A stretch of DNA of 41,554 nt from Candidatus Curtissbacteria bacterium RIFCSPLOWO2_01_FULL_41_18 (GTDB lineage: Bacteria > Patescibacteriota > Microgenomatia > Curtissbacterales > GWA2-41-24): positions 1 through 41,554 of the forward strand of contig MFBQ01000025.1 of the NCBI GenBank assembly GCA_001776475.1, written 5' to 3'. The notes under the pieces were generated by a model that was not told the origin of the DNA, did not search any database, and saw nothing but the letters and a program-made list of their open reading frames with translations. The translations under genes and the position numbers were made by a program. Shown in pieces: positions 22,775-33,466 of this stretch (positions are counted from its first letter, which is position 1; every line of letters starts with the position of its first letter).

Positions 22775-24082
22775 TTACTCAGCAAATGAAGACTTTTCGT
22801 CAACCAAGCCAATTATACTGGCAAAAAGTATGAGCAGTGAAATAAAAAAGTAATGATTAACAAAAGCAAGTTTATTGAAAAAAGAGAGGGCAAAAAGTAA
22901 GAGTGCAATTGCTAGTAAAAGTTTGTGCCAATTATCCGGCCTTTTAATTAAAACTAAAGCTAAAGGCAAAAGCCCCAAAATATTCATCAAGGTCTTTGGT
23001 AAATCCTTGCCAAAAGTAAAGAAAATAAAGGAGTTTAATGTAATGCTATCGTGCCTTACTGGATAAGTTACATAGAACTTTACCAAATCGTCCCAAAAAT
23101 CGCCAAAATTCCACAACGCAAATGGCAAAAAAGCAAGAAAGATAGCTCCCAAAGATAAAAAGACCGTTTTTCTTGCAATTTTCTTAAATAAAAAGAAAAC
23201 AGGGGAGATGATTAACATTGTATGCCTCATACCAAGGAAAAATGCCAAAGGTATAAACGAGAATTTTTTAAGTTCTTTTGAACACCGCTCAAAATAAACA
23301 AAAAGCACAAGCATCATAAAAATAAGAGGGTCCATCCAAGATTGCTCTAAAATTATCGACTCAGAAGGGTGATACAAAAATAAAAGAGGCAACAGATATT
23401 TTGCCCGACTGGACAGATTCTTAGCTTTACTTAAAATTTTATATAAAAGAAAAACTACAACTAGATCACTCACCAAATAAGTGTATCTTGGGTCGTTAAA
23501 CAAAATGTCAGCAGGCAAAAATAAATAAAGAGTCAGTGGAGAATACGAATAATAATCGGCAGTAACACCTCTGTAAAGTTGAGGGTAACTCTGAGAATAA
23601 GGATTTTTACCCTCTATTAAATACTTTGGGCCCAGCTTAAAAAGATCAAAGGTGTCTATTCTTGGAGCAGACGACGCTAGAATTAACAAAAATCGCGAGA
23701 CAAGAGCGATACAGACAAGAAGAGCAAAAGACAGCGGGAAAACACGTTTTCTAAAATTTGGGGTATCAATTGTGAATATGAAAGACAAAACAATAACTAA
23801 AGGCAAAAAGTATTCAAGAGCTGTTTTTGGAAAGCCTGGCTGAAAATAAATTCCACCGTATAAAAGCACATACAAAAGAGCATTAAAAATAAAGATGAAA
23901 AGTACCAGACTATTTATATCCAAATTCGCGAAGAAAACTTTGGCTTTTTTCGCAAAAAATAAAATTGATAGAAAAACCAAGCTAAAAGCAAGTATCCAGA
24001 AAAGCCGTGGATTGTACTGCCCTCTAGTAAAAACGTAGCCAAAATTAAATAGAAAATACAAAACTAAAGTTGCCCGAAGCAT
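22775..24082 (-). CDS. Polytopic membrane protein, possibly a GT-C/DUF2029-like glycosyltransferase
   Basis: A 435-aa protein that is hydrophobic throughout, with a loop GKNPYSQSYPQLYRGVTADYYSYSPLTLY reminiscent of mannosyltransferase-like families. Its stop abuts the next gene's start with zero spacer. Confidence 0.4.
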   Translation of the reverse strand: MLRATLVLYFLFNFGYVFTRGQYNPRLFWILAFSLVFLSILFFAKKAKVFFANLDINSLVLFIFIFNALLYVLLYGGIYFQPGFPKTALEYFLPLVIVLSFIFTIDTPNFRKRVFPLSFALLVCIALVSRFLLILASSAPRIDTFDLFKLGPKYLIEGKNPYSQSYPQLYRGVTADYYSYSPLTLYLFLPADILFNDPRYTYLVSDLVVVFLLYKILSKAKNLSSRAKYLLPLLFLYHPSESIILEQSWMDPLIFMMLVLFVYFERCSKELKKFSFIPLAFFLGMRHTMLIISPVFFLFKKIARKTVFLSLGAIFLAFLPFALWNFGDFWDDLVKFYVTYPVRHDSITLNSFIFFTFGKDLPKTLMNILGLLPLALVLIKRPDNWHKLLLAIALLLFALSFFNKLAFVNHYFFISLLILFASIIGLVDEKSSFAE

Positions 24083-24149
24083 TCCATTCTAGATTAAACG
24101 TAACTTAAATTAAAAACAAGATAAGGCAAGAAGTTTTTCACTCGGAAAT

Positions 24150-24192
24150 AACAACAAAATGAGTACGACAACCCATATGCCCATTGTCGTGC
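24150..24192 (-). terminator. Putative intrinsic terminator after the major pilin gene
   Basis: Minus strand GAGCACGACAA, a 12-nt loop, then TTGTCGTACTC, giving 10 of 11 bp paired, followed by ATTTTGTTGTTATTT. Confidence 0.5.
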
Positions 24193-24220
24193 TCAAAGGT
24201 TTATTGTTTTAAGACCTCAC

Positions 24221-24724
24221 CTATGGCGTACAAGCTCCTGTGGTAATTTCGTAAGCTTTTCCGCTTGTCGATGTCCAGCACCAAACATAAGTACCGGGTG
24301 AACTCGTCGGCTGCTCCAAGGTTATATATGTCGCTGATTCAGAAGTAGCACCATTGGTTGAATAACAGTAGTAGGCACTCTTCGGATCCGTTGGTACCTG
24401 TTTCAAATCACCCTGGGAGGTTAACGTCGTTAGTCCACTGTCGGCACCACACTCTGAAGCACCGTTCACCGGATATAATCCCTGACCGGGTGTAGTGTAA
24501 TATGCTTGCAGTGCCGTTGAGATTGAACCAATGTCACTCATTCTGGCACTGTCTCGTGCTTGTTTAGTTCTCTTGCCGGGATTTGCGGCAACCAATACCG
24601 CTGCTGCCAAAATACCAAGAATTGCAATAACGATTAGAAGCTCAATAAGGGTAAAACCACGAAATATCTTCTTTCGGGCAGGTAAAAACACTTCTTTTAA
24701 ATCACCCCCTCTCAAAAATCTCAC
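24221..24724 (-). CDS. pilA: Type IV major pilin (PilA-like)
   Basis: FRG|FTLIELLIVIAILGILAAAVLVA class III signal and four C-terminal Cys residues. The longest ORF starts at the GTG at 24724. A GTG at 24691, preceded by GAGGGGGTGA, gives the typical 12-aa leader MFLPARKKIFRG and is my preferred start. Confidence 0.88.
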   Translation of the reverse strand: MRFLRGGDLKEVFLPARKKIFRGFTLIELLIVIAILGILAAAVLVAANPGKRTKQARDSARMSDIGSISTALQAYYTTPGQGLYPVNGASECGADSGLTTLTSQGDLKQVPTDPKSAYYCYSTNGATSESATYITLEQPTSSPGTYVWCWTSTSGKAYEITTGACTP

Positions 24725-24743
24725 TTATTGTTTCCTAACTCAA

Positions 24744-24771
24744 GTATTATCAACATACGCTTCTTTGTCAA
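24744..24771 (-). promoter_or_regulatory. Putative pilin promoter
   Basis: On the minus strand: TTGACA (24771-24766), a 16-nt spacer ending in TGA, then TAATAC (24749-24744). Confidence 0.4.
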
Positions 24772-24849
24772 GCACATAGACTTTAGGTTGTTGAAAACCA
24801 ACTAGCTTTGGCGTTCATGGGAAAAGATTGCTGCGACAAACGAACTTTT

Positions 24850-24945
24850 TGTCATTGCGAGCACTTCGACTACGCTCAGTGTAAACTTTAGCGTGGCAAT
24901 CTGTTTTAGTCTAAGATTGCTTCGTCGCTGACTCCTCGCAATGAC
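24850..24945. mobile_element. Family-B palindromic repeat element, intergenic copy (96 nt)
   Basis: tgtcattgcgagc ... gcgtggcaatctg ... aagattgcttcgtcgctgactcctcgcaatgac. The terminal inverted repeats are GTCATTGCGAG and CTCGCAATGAC. It shares its termini and the gattgcttcg core with 8085-8153. Confidence 0.7.
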
Positions 24946-25056
24946 TTAGGAAGAGGTTTTCAGCAAGCTCAGACTTTTTAAAACTGCGATGTAAGATTTA
25001 GGCCCGCAGTCCTGAGTCTAACGAAGGACGAGAACCGCAATCTCACTTCCATAAAG

Positions 25057-26268
25057 TTAGAATTGACTAGTGAGATTATATATTGGCAGAATAATCGAAA
25101 GAACCAAAACACCTACACCCACACCCAAAATGACCAAAACTACCGGCTCAAGCGCCGTGGTCAGGTTTCTGATCAAGTTTTCACTCTCTCCCTCAAAATA
25201 AACAGCCAGCCTTGCCAAAACCTCATCCATTTTACCGGTTTCCTCACCTACCCTAACCATTTGCCCGACAATTGGCGGGAAAGCTGGATTTGAAGTTAAT
25301 GGTTGATACAGAGGTGAACCTCTTTCAACTCTGGCGATTGCCTGATCAATCCCTGCTTTATAGGCAGCACTTGTTAAGATATCCCGAACAACTCTTAACG
25401 CTGTAATAATTGGAATACCTGTGCCGACAAGCAGTCCAAGAGTTCTGGTAAATTCCGCCAAAACCAGAGTCTTTCTAATTTTGCCCCAAACAGGCAACTT
25501 TAAAACTATTACAGACATTGCCTGAGCTCCGCTTGGAGTTTTAGAAAAAACTCTTAAGCCCCATATGCCGCCAACAATCGCGATTAGTATAAGCCACCAG
25601 AAATTTCTCATGATATTGGAGATTAGAATCAAGATTTTTGTCGGCAAAGGCAGTTGGGTACCAAGTTCTGTATAAAGACTCGTAAGCTTGGGGATCACAA
25701 ATACCATCATCAAAAACATCACGATAATCATTACACAGACAACTATAGCGGGATAAATAAAAGCCCCACGGGTTTTACCCTTAAACTCCCTGTCTTTTTC
25801 CAAAGATTGCGCCAGCTTATTAAGAACCTTATCCAAAACACCTCCAGTTTCACCGGCCTCAATAAGCTTTATATAAATTACGTCAAAAACCTTTGAGTGT
25901 CTTGAGAAAGCCTGGGAAAGCGACATGCCGCCCTCAATATCCGTCACAATTTCGCCCAAGACTTTAGGAAAAGCACCGCTGGTTTGCCTTTGCAAAATTA
26001 CCAAAGCATCTATAAGAGGGAGGCCTGCCGAAATCATTGTCGAGAGCTGTCTTGTAAAAGTAACGATATCCGAAGTCGAAACCCCACCACCCGGTCTCCA
26101 GACAGAAATCTTGGCCAAAAACCCTTCACTGCTGGCACTTTTTATTTGTATCGGAACCAGCTTTTCTTTTCGCAGCATCGACACCACTGACTTTTCGTCT
26201 AGGGATTCAACCTCGCCTGTAAATTGTTTGCCGTTTTGATCTTTAGCTACAAATTTGTAGACTGGCAT
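25057..26268 (-). CDS. pilC: Type IV pilus platform protein PilC (GspF family)
   Basis: Two GspF repeats (FTRQLSTMISAGLPLIDAL and FTRTLGLLVGTGIPIITAL) and three TM segments. 403 aa. Confidence 0.92.
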   Translation of the reverse strand: MPVYKFVAKDQNGKQFTGEVESLDEKSVVSMLRKEKLVPIQIKSASSEGFLAKISVWRPGGGVSTSDIVTFTRQLSTMISAGLPLIDALVILQRQTSGAFPKVLGEIVTDIEGGMSLSQAFSRHSKVFDVIYIKLIEAGETGGVLDKVLNKLAQSLEKDREFKGKTRGAFIYPAIVVCVMIIVMFLMMVFVIPKLTSLYTELGTQLPLPTKILILISNIMRNFWWLILIAIVGGIWGLRVFSKTPSGAQAMSVIVLKLPVWGKIRKTLVLAEFTRTLGLLVGTGIPIITALRVVRDILTSAAYKAGIDQAIARVERGSPLYQPLTSNPAFPPIVGQMVRVGEETGKMDEVLARLAVYFEGESENLIRNLTTALEPVVLVILGVGVGVLVLSIILPIYNLTSQF

Positions 26269-26304
26269 GATTGCCTAAATTCCTTGCTCTGGCAAGTATC
26301 AGCT

Positions 26305-27369
26305 TTAAGCATTAACTTTACTTTGAACTAAACGTTCAAGTTCTTTCGGCCGAATTGAATAAGCCCGGGCAGTTTCCAAAGATATGCTGCCGGTTTTAAC
26401 AAGGTATGCCAGTGAAACATCCATCAGCACCATACCAACCTCACCTGAAGTCTGAATAATATTGTCAATCTGATGCGTTTTACCATCGCGGATTGCAGTC
26501 TGAACGGCCGGTGATGAAAGAAGAATTTCGCACGCGGGCATACGACCGCCGCCAATTGCCGGCAGCAGTCTCATCGAGATAATACCAGCCATTGTCGCAG
26601 CTAACTGTAATCTAACCTGGTCTTGCTGGTTTTCCGGAAAAACATCAATTATTCTGTCAATCGATTGGGCTGCGGAATTGGTATGCAATGTTGCAAAAAC
26701 CAAATGTCCGGTCTCAGCAACGGTAATCGCCGAGGAAATAGTCTCAAAATCTCTCATTTCACCAACCAAAACAACGTCAGGATCTTCGCGCAAAGCAGAG
26801 CGCAGTGACACTCCCCATGAATGGGTATCAAGATGCATTTCTCGTTGGGAAACAAGAGCCTTGCCTTTTGGGTAAACATATTCAATCGGATCCTCTATAG
26901 TTAAAATATGCAGAGGCCTTGTCTGATTAATCTCATTAATAATTGAGGCAATTGTCGTCGATTTTCCGTGTCCAGTAGGCCCAGTTACCAAAATAAATCC
27001 CTGCCTAAGTTTGGCAAAATTATGACAGATTCTGGGCAGGTGAAGTTCCTCGATGGTCTTTATGTAAGAGGGGATCAAGCGCAGTGCTGCCGACAGATAG
27101 CCCTTCTGATAATAGGCATTTACCCGGAATCTGGCAATCTCACCCAAAGCAAAAGAAAAATCGAGTTCTTTGTTAACTATTAACATTTCTTTTTGCTCGG
27201 TCGAAAGAAGCTCAAAAATAAGCGACTCTGCTTCATCTGGCGAAAGAGGCGCCGCAGAAATTGGCATTAGCTGCCCATCAATCCTGATAACAACGGGAGA
27301 ACCTACAACCAAATGTAGATCCGAAGCTTCTTTTTTAACAACTATTTCCAAAAAATCCTGAATGCTCAT
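26305..27369 (-). CDS. pilT: Type IV pilus retraction ATPase PilT
   Basis: ASDLHL motif, Walker A GPTGHGKSTT, Asp box LTIEDPIEYV, Walker B VVLVGEMRD, and His box TGHLVFATLHTNSA. 354 aa. Confidence 0.92.
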   Translation of the reverse strand: MSIQDFLEIVVKKEASDLHLVVGSPVVIRIDGQLMPISAAPLSPDEAESLIFELLSTEQKEMLIVNKELDFSFALGEIARFRVNAYYQKGYLSAALRLIPSYIKTIEELHLPRICHNFAKLRQGFILVTGPTGHGKSTTIASIINEINQTRPLHILTIEDPIEYVYPKGKALVSQREMHLDTHSWGVSLRSALREDPDVVLVGEMRDFETISSAITVAETGHLVFATLHTNSAAQSIDRIIDVFPENQQDQVRLQLAATMAGIISMRLLPAIGGGRMPACEILLSSPAVQTAIRDGKTHQIDNIIQTSGEVGMVLMDVSLAYLVKTGSISLETARAYSIRPKELERLVQSKVNA

Positions 27370-29111
27370 TCTTCTGCCACCCTCAACACTTCCTCAATTG
27401 TCGTTAATCCCTCAATAACTTTCATAAATCCGTCTTGTTTCATTGTAATCATTCCCTCACTAACTGTTTGTCGTTCAATATCTCCCGCTGGTTGACGAGT
27501 AAGAATCATTTTTGAAACCTTATCGGAAACAACCAGAACTTCGAAAATACCAACTCGGCCCAAATAAGCAGTGTTGTTGCATTCCGAGCAACCTTTACCA
27601 AAATAAACTTCAAATTTCTTTTTCTCAAAATCATAAATATCATCCAAGACTTTCTTCATTTGGTCTAAAATTTCGCGGCTCGCAGGTTTTGATACCTTAC
27701 AACTTGGACAAATTGTACGTACAACTCGCTGGCCAACAACACAGGTTACGGTCGATGCGATCAGATAAGGTTCCGCATGCATGTCAAGAAGTCTTGGCAA
27801 AGCCCCGGAGGCATTATTAGTATGCAGTGTTGAAAAAACCAAGTGGCCAGTCAAAGCTGCCTGAATAGCAAGCTCTGTAGTTTCGCTGTCTCGAACTTCT
27901 CCTACCATAATAATATTGGGATCTTGTCTCAAAAACGATCTTAAACCCGATGCAAAAGTTAAACCTGCCTGAGGATTAACTTGCACTTGGTTAACTCCGG
28001 GAATCTCATATTCGATAGGATCCTCAAGTGTGATAATATTTACTTTCGTTGAATTTAATTTCGAGAGGATAGAGTAGAGAGTCGTAGTCTTTCCGGAACC
28101 GGTCGGTCCCGTAATTAAAATTATGCCGTGTGGTCTGGCAATATTCTCCTGCAGGTTAGTCAAAGCTTTGCCGCGAAGACCAAGTTCGGCTAGGCTGGGT
28201 ACTCCACCCGTTTTTTTAAGAAGCCTCATTACTACTTTTTCTCCATGAGCAGTCGGCAGGGTCGAAAGCCTCAAATCAAGCTCCTCCTGGCCGACTTTAA
28301 AGTTAAACCGGGCATCTTGAGGAACTCTTTTTTCGTCGATTTTCATACTGCCTAAAATCTTTATTCGCGAAACTATCGCATCATGAATTTTCCTGGGCAA
28401 GATTAGCTTTTCATGCAAGATGCCATCAATTCGATAACGCACTCGTGTTTCGTTTTCCAGAGGCTCAATATGAATATCGGATGCCCTGACCTTGATTCCA
28501 TATTCCAAAAGCGTTGAAACAATTCGAGCAACTGGAGCTTCACCTAAAACTGCCGTGGCCTCCACATTTTGAAGATATGTTTTACCCACACCTCCCGTTG
28601 CCTCTTTTAAGGCCGCGGTAACCTCTGAAGAAAGTCCTCTGGTATATTGCTCAGAGATCGCCTTATTTATTGCTTTGGCTGTAGCAAGATAAGGTTTAAT
28701 GGCAAGTCCCGATTTTTTCTCAATAAACTCAAGGACCTGAAGATCCAGAGGATCAATCATAGCAACCGACAACGTATCTTTATTTTTGGCAATCGGGATA
28801 ACCGCAAATCGCTTGGCCACATCTTCGGGTATATAACTTAAAACTTCAGGGGAAATTGGCTGCTCCTCGGGCTCAAAATAGGCAACGCCGATTGACTCAG
28901 CCTTAGCTTTTGCCAGGTCTTTTTCACTAATCCAGCCCATTTGTTCCAAAATTTTCTCAGAACTTACTTGCCTTCTCTTTGCCTCAGTCTTAACAAATGC
29001 AAGTTGCTGGCTTGAAATTAAACCATGGGAAGCTAAAATGTTCTCAATATTGGTATCTCCCTTATTTGAACCAAGGGGCAAAGAAGCTCTCGTCTGGGCA
29101 GTATTGGCCAT
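27366..29111 (-). CDS. pilB: Type IV pilus assembly ATPase PilB (GspE family)
   Basis: N-terminal GSPII_E-N-like domain, Walker A GPTGSGKTTT, IMVGEVRD, TGHLVFSTLHTNNA, and a tetracysteine motif CPSC...CSEC. Confidence 0.92.
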   Translation of the reverse strand: MANTAQTRASLPLGSNKGDTNIENILASHGLISSQQLAFVKTEAKRRQVSSEKILEQMGWISEKDLAKAKAESIGVAYFEPEEQPISPEVLSYIPEDVAKRFAVIPIAKNKDTLSVAMIDPLDLQVLEFIEKKSGLAIKPYLATAKAINKAISEQYTRGLSSEVTAALKEATGGVGKTYLQNVEATAVLGEAPVARIVSTLLEYGIKVRASDIHIEPLENETRVRYRIDGILHEKLILPRKIHDAIVSRIKILGSMKIDEKRVPQDARFNFKVGQEELDLRLSTLPTAHGEKVVMRLLKKTGGVPSLAELGLRGKALTNLQENIARPHGIILITGPTGSGKTTTLYSILSKLNSTKVNIITLEDPIEYEIPGVNQVQVNPQAGLTFASGLRSFLRQDPNIIMVGEVRDSETTELAIQAALTGHLVFSTLHTNNASGALPRLLDMHAEPYLIASTVTCVVGQRVVRTICPSCKVSKPASREILDQMKKVLDDIYDFEKKKFEVYFGKGCSECNNTAYLGRVGIFEVLVVSDKVSKMILTRQPAGDIERQTVSEGMITMKQDGFMKVIEGLTTIEEVLRVAEE

Positions 29112-29113
29112 GA

Positions 29114-29149
29114 GTTAGTTACTAGGTTACTAGGTTACTAGGTTATTAG
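29114..29149. repeat. Tandem 9-mer array in the pilB 5' leader
   Basis: gttaGTTACTAGGTTACTAGGTTACTAGGTTATTAG starts 3 nt from the pilB start codon. An inverted copy, AGTAACCTAG, lies at 29194-29203. Confidence 0.75.
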
Positions 29150-29305
29150 ACTACCGGGTTAGGTCAAAACCAAGAATTCAGGTTTTTATACCCAGTAACC
29201 TAGAAGCCCAAAAACCCAGACACCTATATATATTGATCATAACAAATTAAAGGCATGAATTGAAAACAACAATCATCAAGAGATAAAATCACAAAAGGAA
29301 TCACC

Positions 29306-29995
29306 ATGGCAAAATCAAGTACACTATTTCAGTCTTACCTTCTCTTGGGTAAACCGGAAGATACCAGACGACACACTCAAAAACTGGCCGACTCGGCAGG
29401 TATTAGGCTTTACCAATCCTCACCCGATGTCTTTATAATCAGCCCTCAAAAGGGGACTAACTCTCATATTTCAATCGATCAAATTCGAGAGCTAAAAAAA
29501 CATATCTGGCAAAAACCTTTCGCCAACAAATTTAAATTTTTAGTTATAGAAGAAGCCGATAAATTAACAACCGAAGCCCAAAATGCTCTTTTAAAAATCT
29601 TAGAGGAGCCGCCATCCCATGCGATTCTAATCTTGGAAGCCAAAAACAAAGCCTCAATCCTGCCTACTGTCAGGTCCAGAGTTGTTGAACAACAAATCAT
29701 CCAAAAAGAAACGGATGGCAATATTCAATCCAGTCTCTTGAAAGAAGATGACACTACCAAACTTTTAGAAGAAGTCGCAGACATCGAAGACCCTGTTACC
29801 TGGCTTGATAGGCAAGTCCTGGCGCTTCATAACCTTCTTAAAAAAAACGCTGGCGCTACCAAACCCTCCATTTCTCTGACAAAAATCACCGATATCATCG
29901 AAGAATGTATAAGAACCAAAAAAATGATAGAGGCTAACGTTAATCCCAAATTCGCGCTAATAAATCTAATCTTCAGTTTGAAACTTAAAACCTAA
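29306..29995 (+). CDS. holB: DNA polymerase III delta-prime subunit-like clamp-loader protein
   Basis: FLVIEEADKLTTEAQNALLKILEEPPSHAILILEAKNKASILPTVRSRV (AAA+ box with an SRC-like motif). It is short at 229 aa. Confidence 0.75.
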   Translation: MAKSSTLFQSYLLLGKPEDTRRHTQKLADSAGIRLYQSSPDVFIISPQKGTNSHISIDQIRELKKHIWQKPFANKFKFLVIEEADKLTTEAQNALLKILEEPPSHAILILEAKNKASILPTVRSRVVEQQIIQKETDGNIQSSLLKEDDTTKLLEEVADIEDPVTWLDRQVLALHNLLKKNAGATKPSISLTKITDIIEECIRTKKMIEANVNPKFALINLIFSLKLKT

Positions 29996-30039
29996 GTACT
30001 TCTTGTTGCGATTTTGTTTGGCTTCTATAATGCTTGTAG

Positions 30040-31410
30040 GTGAACAGGCTAAGCATCTCATATAAAATCTTAATTCTGCTCCTTACCTTTATTCCTATAA
30101 TCTACTTAATTTACATGGTCGCAAGGTATACGGTAGATATTCTCAGTTTTGATGAATGGTATTTAGTTCCTTTCTTCGAAAAAATGTTCAACCATTCATT
30201 AACTATCAAAGATTTATGGAACCAATTTAATGAACACAGGTTAGTTTTTCCAATTGCAACCACATTGCTGATGGGTCGGCTTACAGGTTGGAATTTGCAA
30301 TATGAGACAGCCTTGGGTGTTCTATTCGGACTAGGTATTTTTATTTCTCTAATCTACTTGCTCAAAGGAGAGAATAAGTATTTTAAAAAATATTCAATCT
30401 ATTTAATATTTCCCACTATTTCTTTTCTAGTTTTTTCTTTTAATCAATTTGAAAATTGGCTTTGGGGCATTCAAAAACTAATTTTTATGAATCTACTTTC
30501 TGTAACTCTTGGAATTATATTACTAACTAGATTCTCGATCACTTGGCGATCAGTTTTATTAGCGGCTATTTTTGGCATTGTTGCAACTTATTCATTTGCC
30601 AGTGGCCTACTTTACTGGCCTATTGCACTTGCACTTTTTTATTTGCATCCCAAAATTGCTAAAGGTTTAAAAATTAAATGGGTAACACTCTGGATAACAA
30701 TCTCACTGTTAGCTTTATTATCTTACTTTATCGGTTATTCAAAACCCCCATACGATCCTCCTATACCAATGACACTTGCCCTCAAGCACCCTGTTGAATA
30801 TACAAAATACGCCCTGATGCTTTTAGGGTCGCCCTTGGAAATAATACACAGAGACCGGGCAGTTATAATTGCTACCCTTGGATTGATAACCTACTTCTAT
30901 TTAGTCTATAGATTGTTTAAAGCAAAGCTTGCCAACACAACCCTTGTTTTATCCCAACTGGCTCTAAGTTCTTACGCTATAGCAAATTGCCTAGTTACAG
31001 CAGCGGGCCGCATAGGGCTTGGCCTGCCTTCAAGGCCTGCATCACGCTACGTTACTATCCCCGAAGTATTTTGGACTGCTACCGTAGTACTCTTATTCCT
31101 GAATATAAATATGTCGGCAAAAAACAAAATCGTGACAATATTTACAACATGCGCAATAGCTTTAATTACGGTTCTATCAATTAACAGTTCAATTCAAGGA
31201 ACCAAAGTTGCCTTAAATCGATATACTTTTTTGTCAGATGTCAGAAGCGGCTTATTGCAAAGCAATTCTCTCGACAATCAGCTTAGACTTTGGGGCTATA
31301 TTTATCCGCGCGCAAATGCGAATGGACTAAAACAAGTAACCAACATTACTCAGCTAAACAAAGATCTATATACACTTGTCAAACACCGTCTCTCAATTTT
31401 CAGAAATTGA
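30040..31410 (+). CDS. Polytopic membrane protein, possibly a GT-C-type glycosyltransferase
   Basis: 456 aa with a GTG start and about 10 or more TM helices, plus an early loop motif WNQFNEHRLVFP. I have no firm family assignment. Confidence 0.45.
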   Translation: MNRLSISYKILILLLTFIPIIYLIYMVARYTVDILSFDEWYLVPFFEKMFNHSLTIKDLWNQFNEHRLVFPIATTLLMGRLTGWNLQYETALGVLFGLGIFISLIYLLKGENKYFKKYSIYLIFPTISFLVFSFNQFENWLWGIQKLIFMNLLSVTLGIILLTRFSITWRSVLLAAIFGIVATYSFASGLLYWPIALALFYLHPKIAKGLKIKWVTLWITISLLALLSYFIGYSKPPYDPPIPMTLALKHPVEYTKYALMLLGSPLEIIHRDRAVIIATLGLITYFYLVYRLFKAKLANTTLVLSQLALSSYAIANCLVTAAGRIGLGLPSRPASRYVTIPEVFWTATVVLLFLNINMSAKNKIVTIFTTCAIALITVLSINSSIQGTKVALNRYTFLSDVRSGLLQSNSLDNQLRLWGYIYPRANANGLKQVTNITQLNKDLYTLVKHRLSIFRN

Positions 31411-31446
31411 AGGTTAAAAGCAGTCAATATTCAGCCTCAAAATAGC

Positions 31447-31476
31447 TTGCAACAGACCCCGAAATTCTGGTACAAT
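31447..31476 (+). promoter_or_regulatory. gyrB promoter with an extended -10
   Basis: TTGCAA (31447-31452), an 18-nt spacer ending in TGG, then TACAAT (31471-31476). Confidence 0.5.
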
Positions 31477-31522
31477 CAACTAATGGATTTCTACGCTTTG
31501 CAAGCTACAGAATACAGACTAA

Positions 31523-33463
<1,941 letters not shown>

Positions 33464-33466
33464 AAA

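Noticed and set aside
25925-26239. Long antisense ORFs inside pilC, pilT, pilB, tyrS, gyrA and gyrB (for example 25925-26239, 4560-4925, 31910-32239)
   Set aside because: Each lies opposite a gene with unambiguous conserved motifs, and their translations have low-complexity, non-protein-like composition. They are shadow ORFs.
16450-29149. Tandem word arrays as possible CRISPR arrays
   Set aside because: Units are 7-14 nt and directly abut each other without spacers. There are 2-4 copies only, and no cas genes are present.
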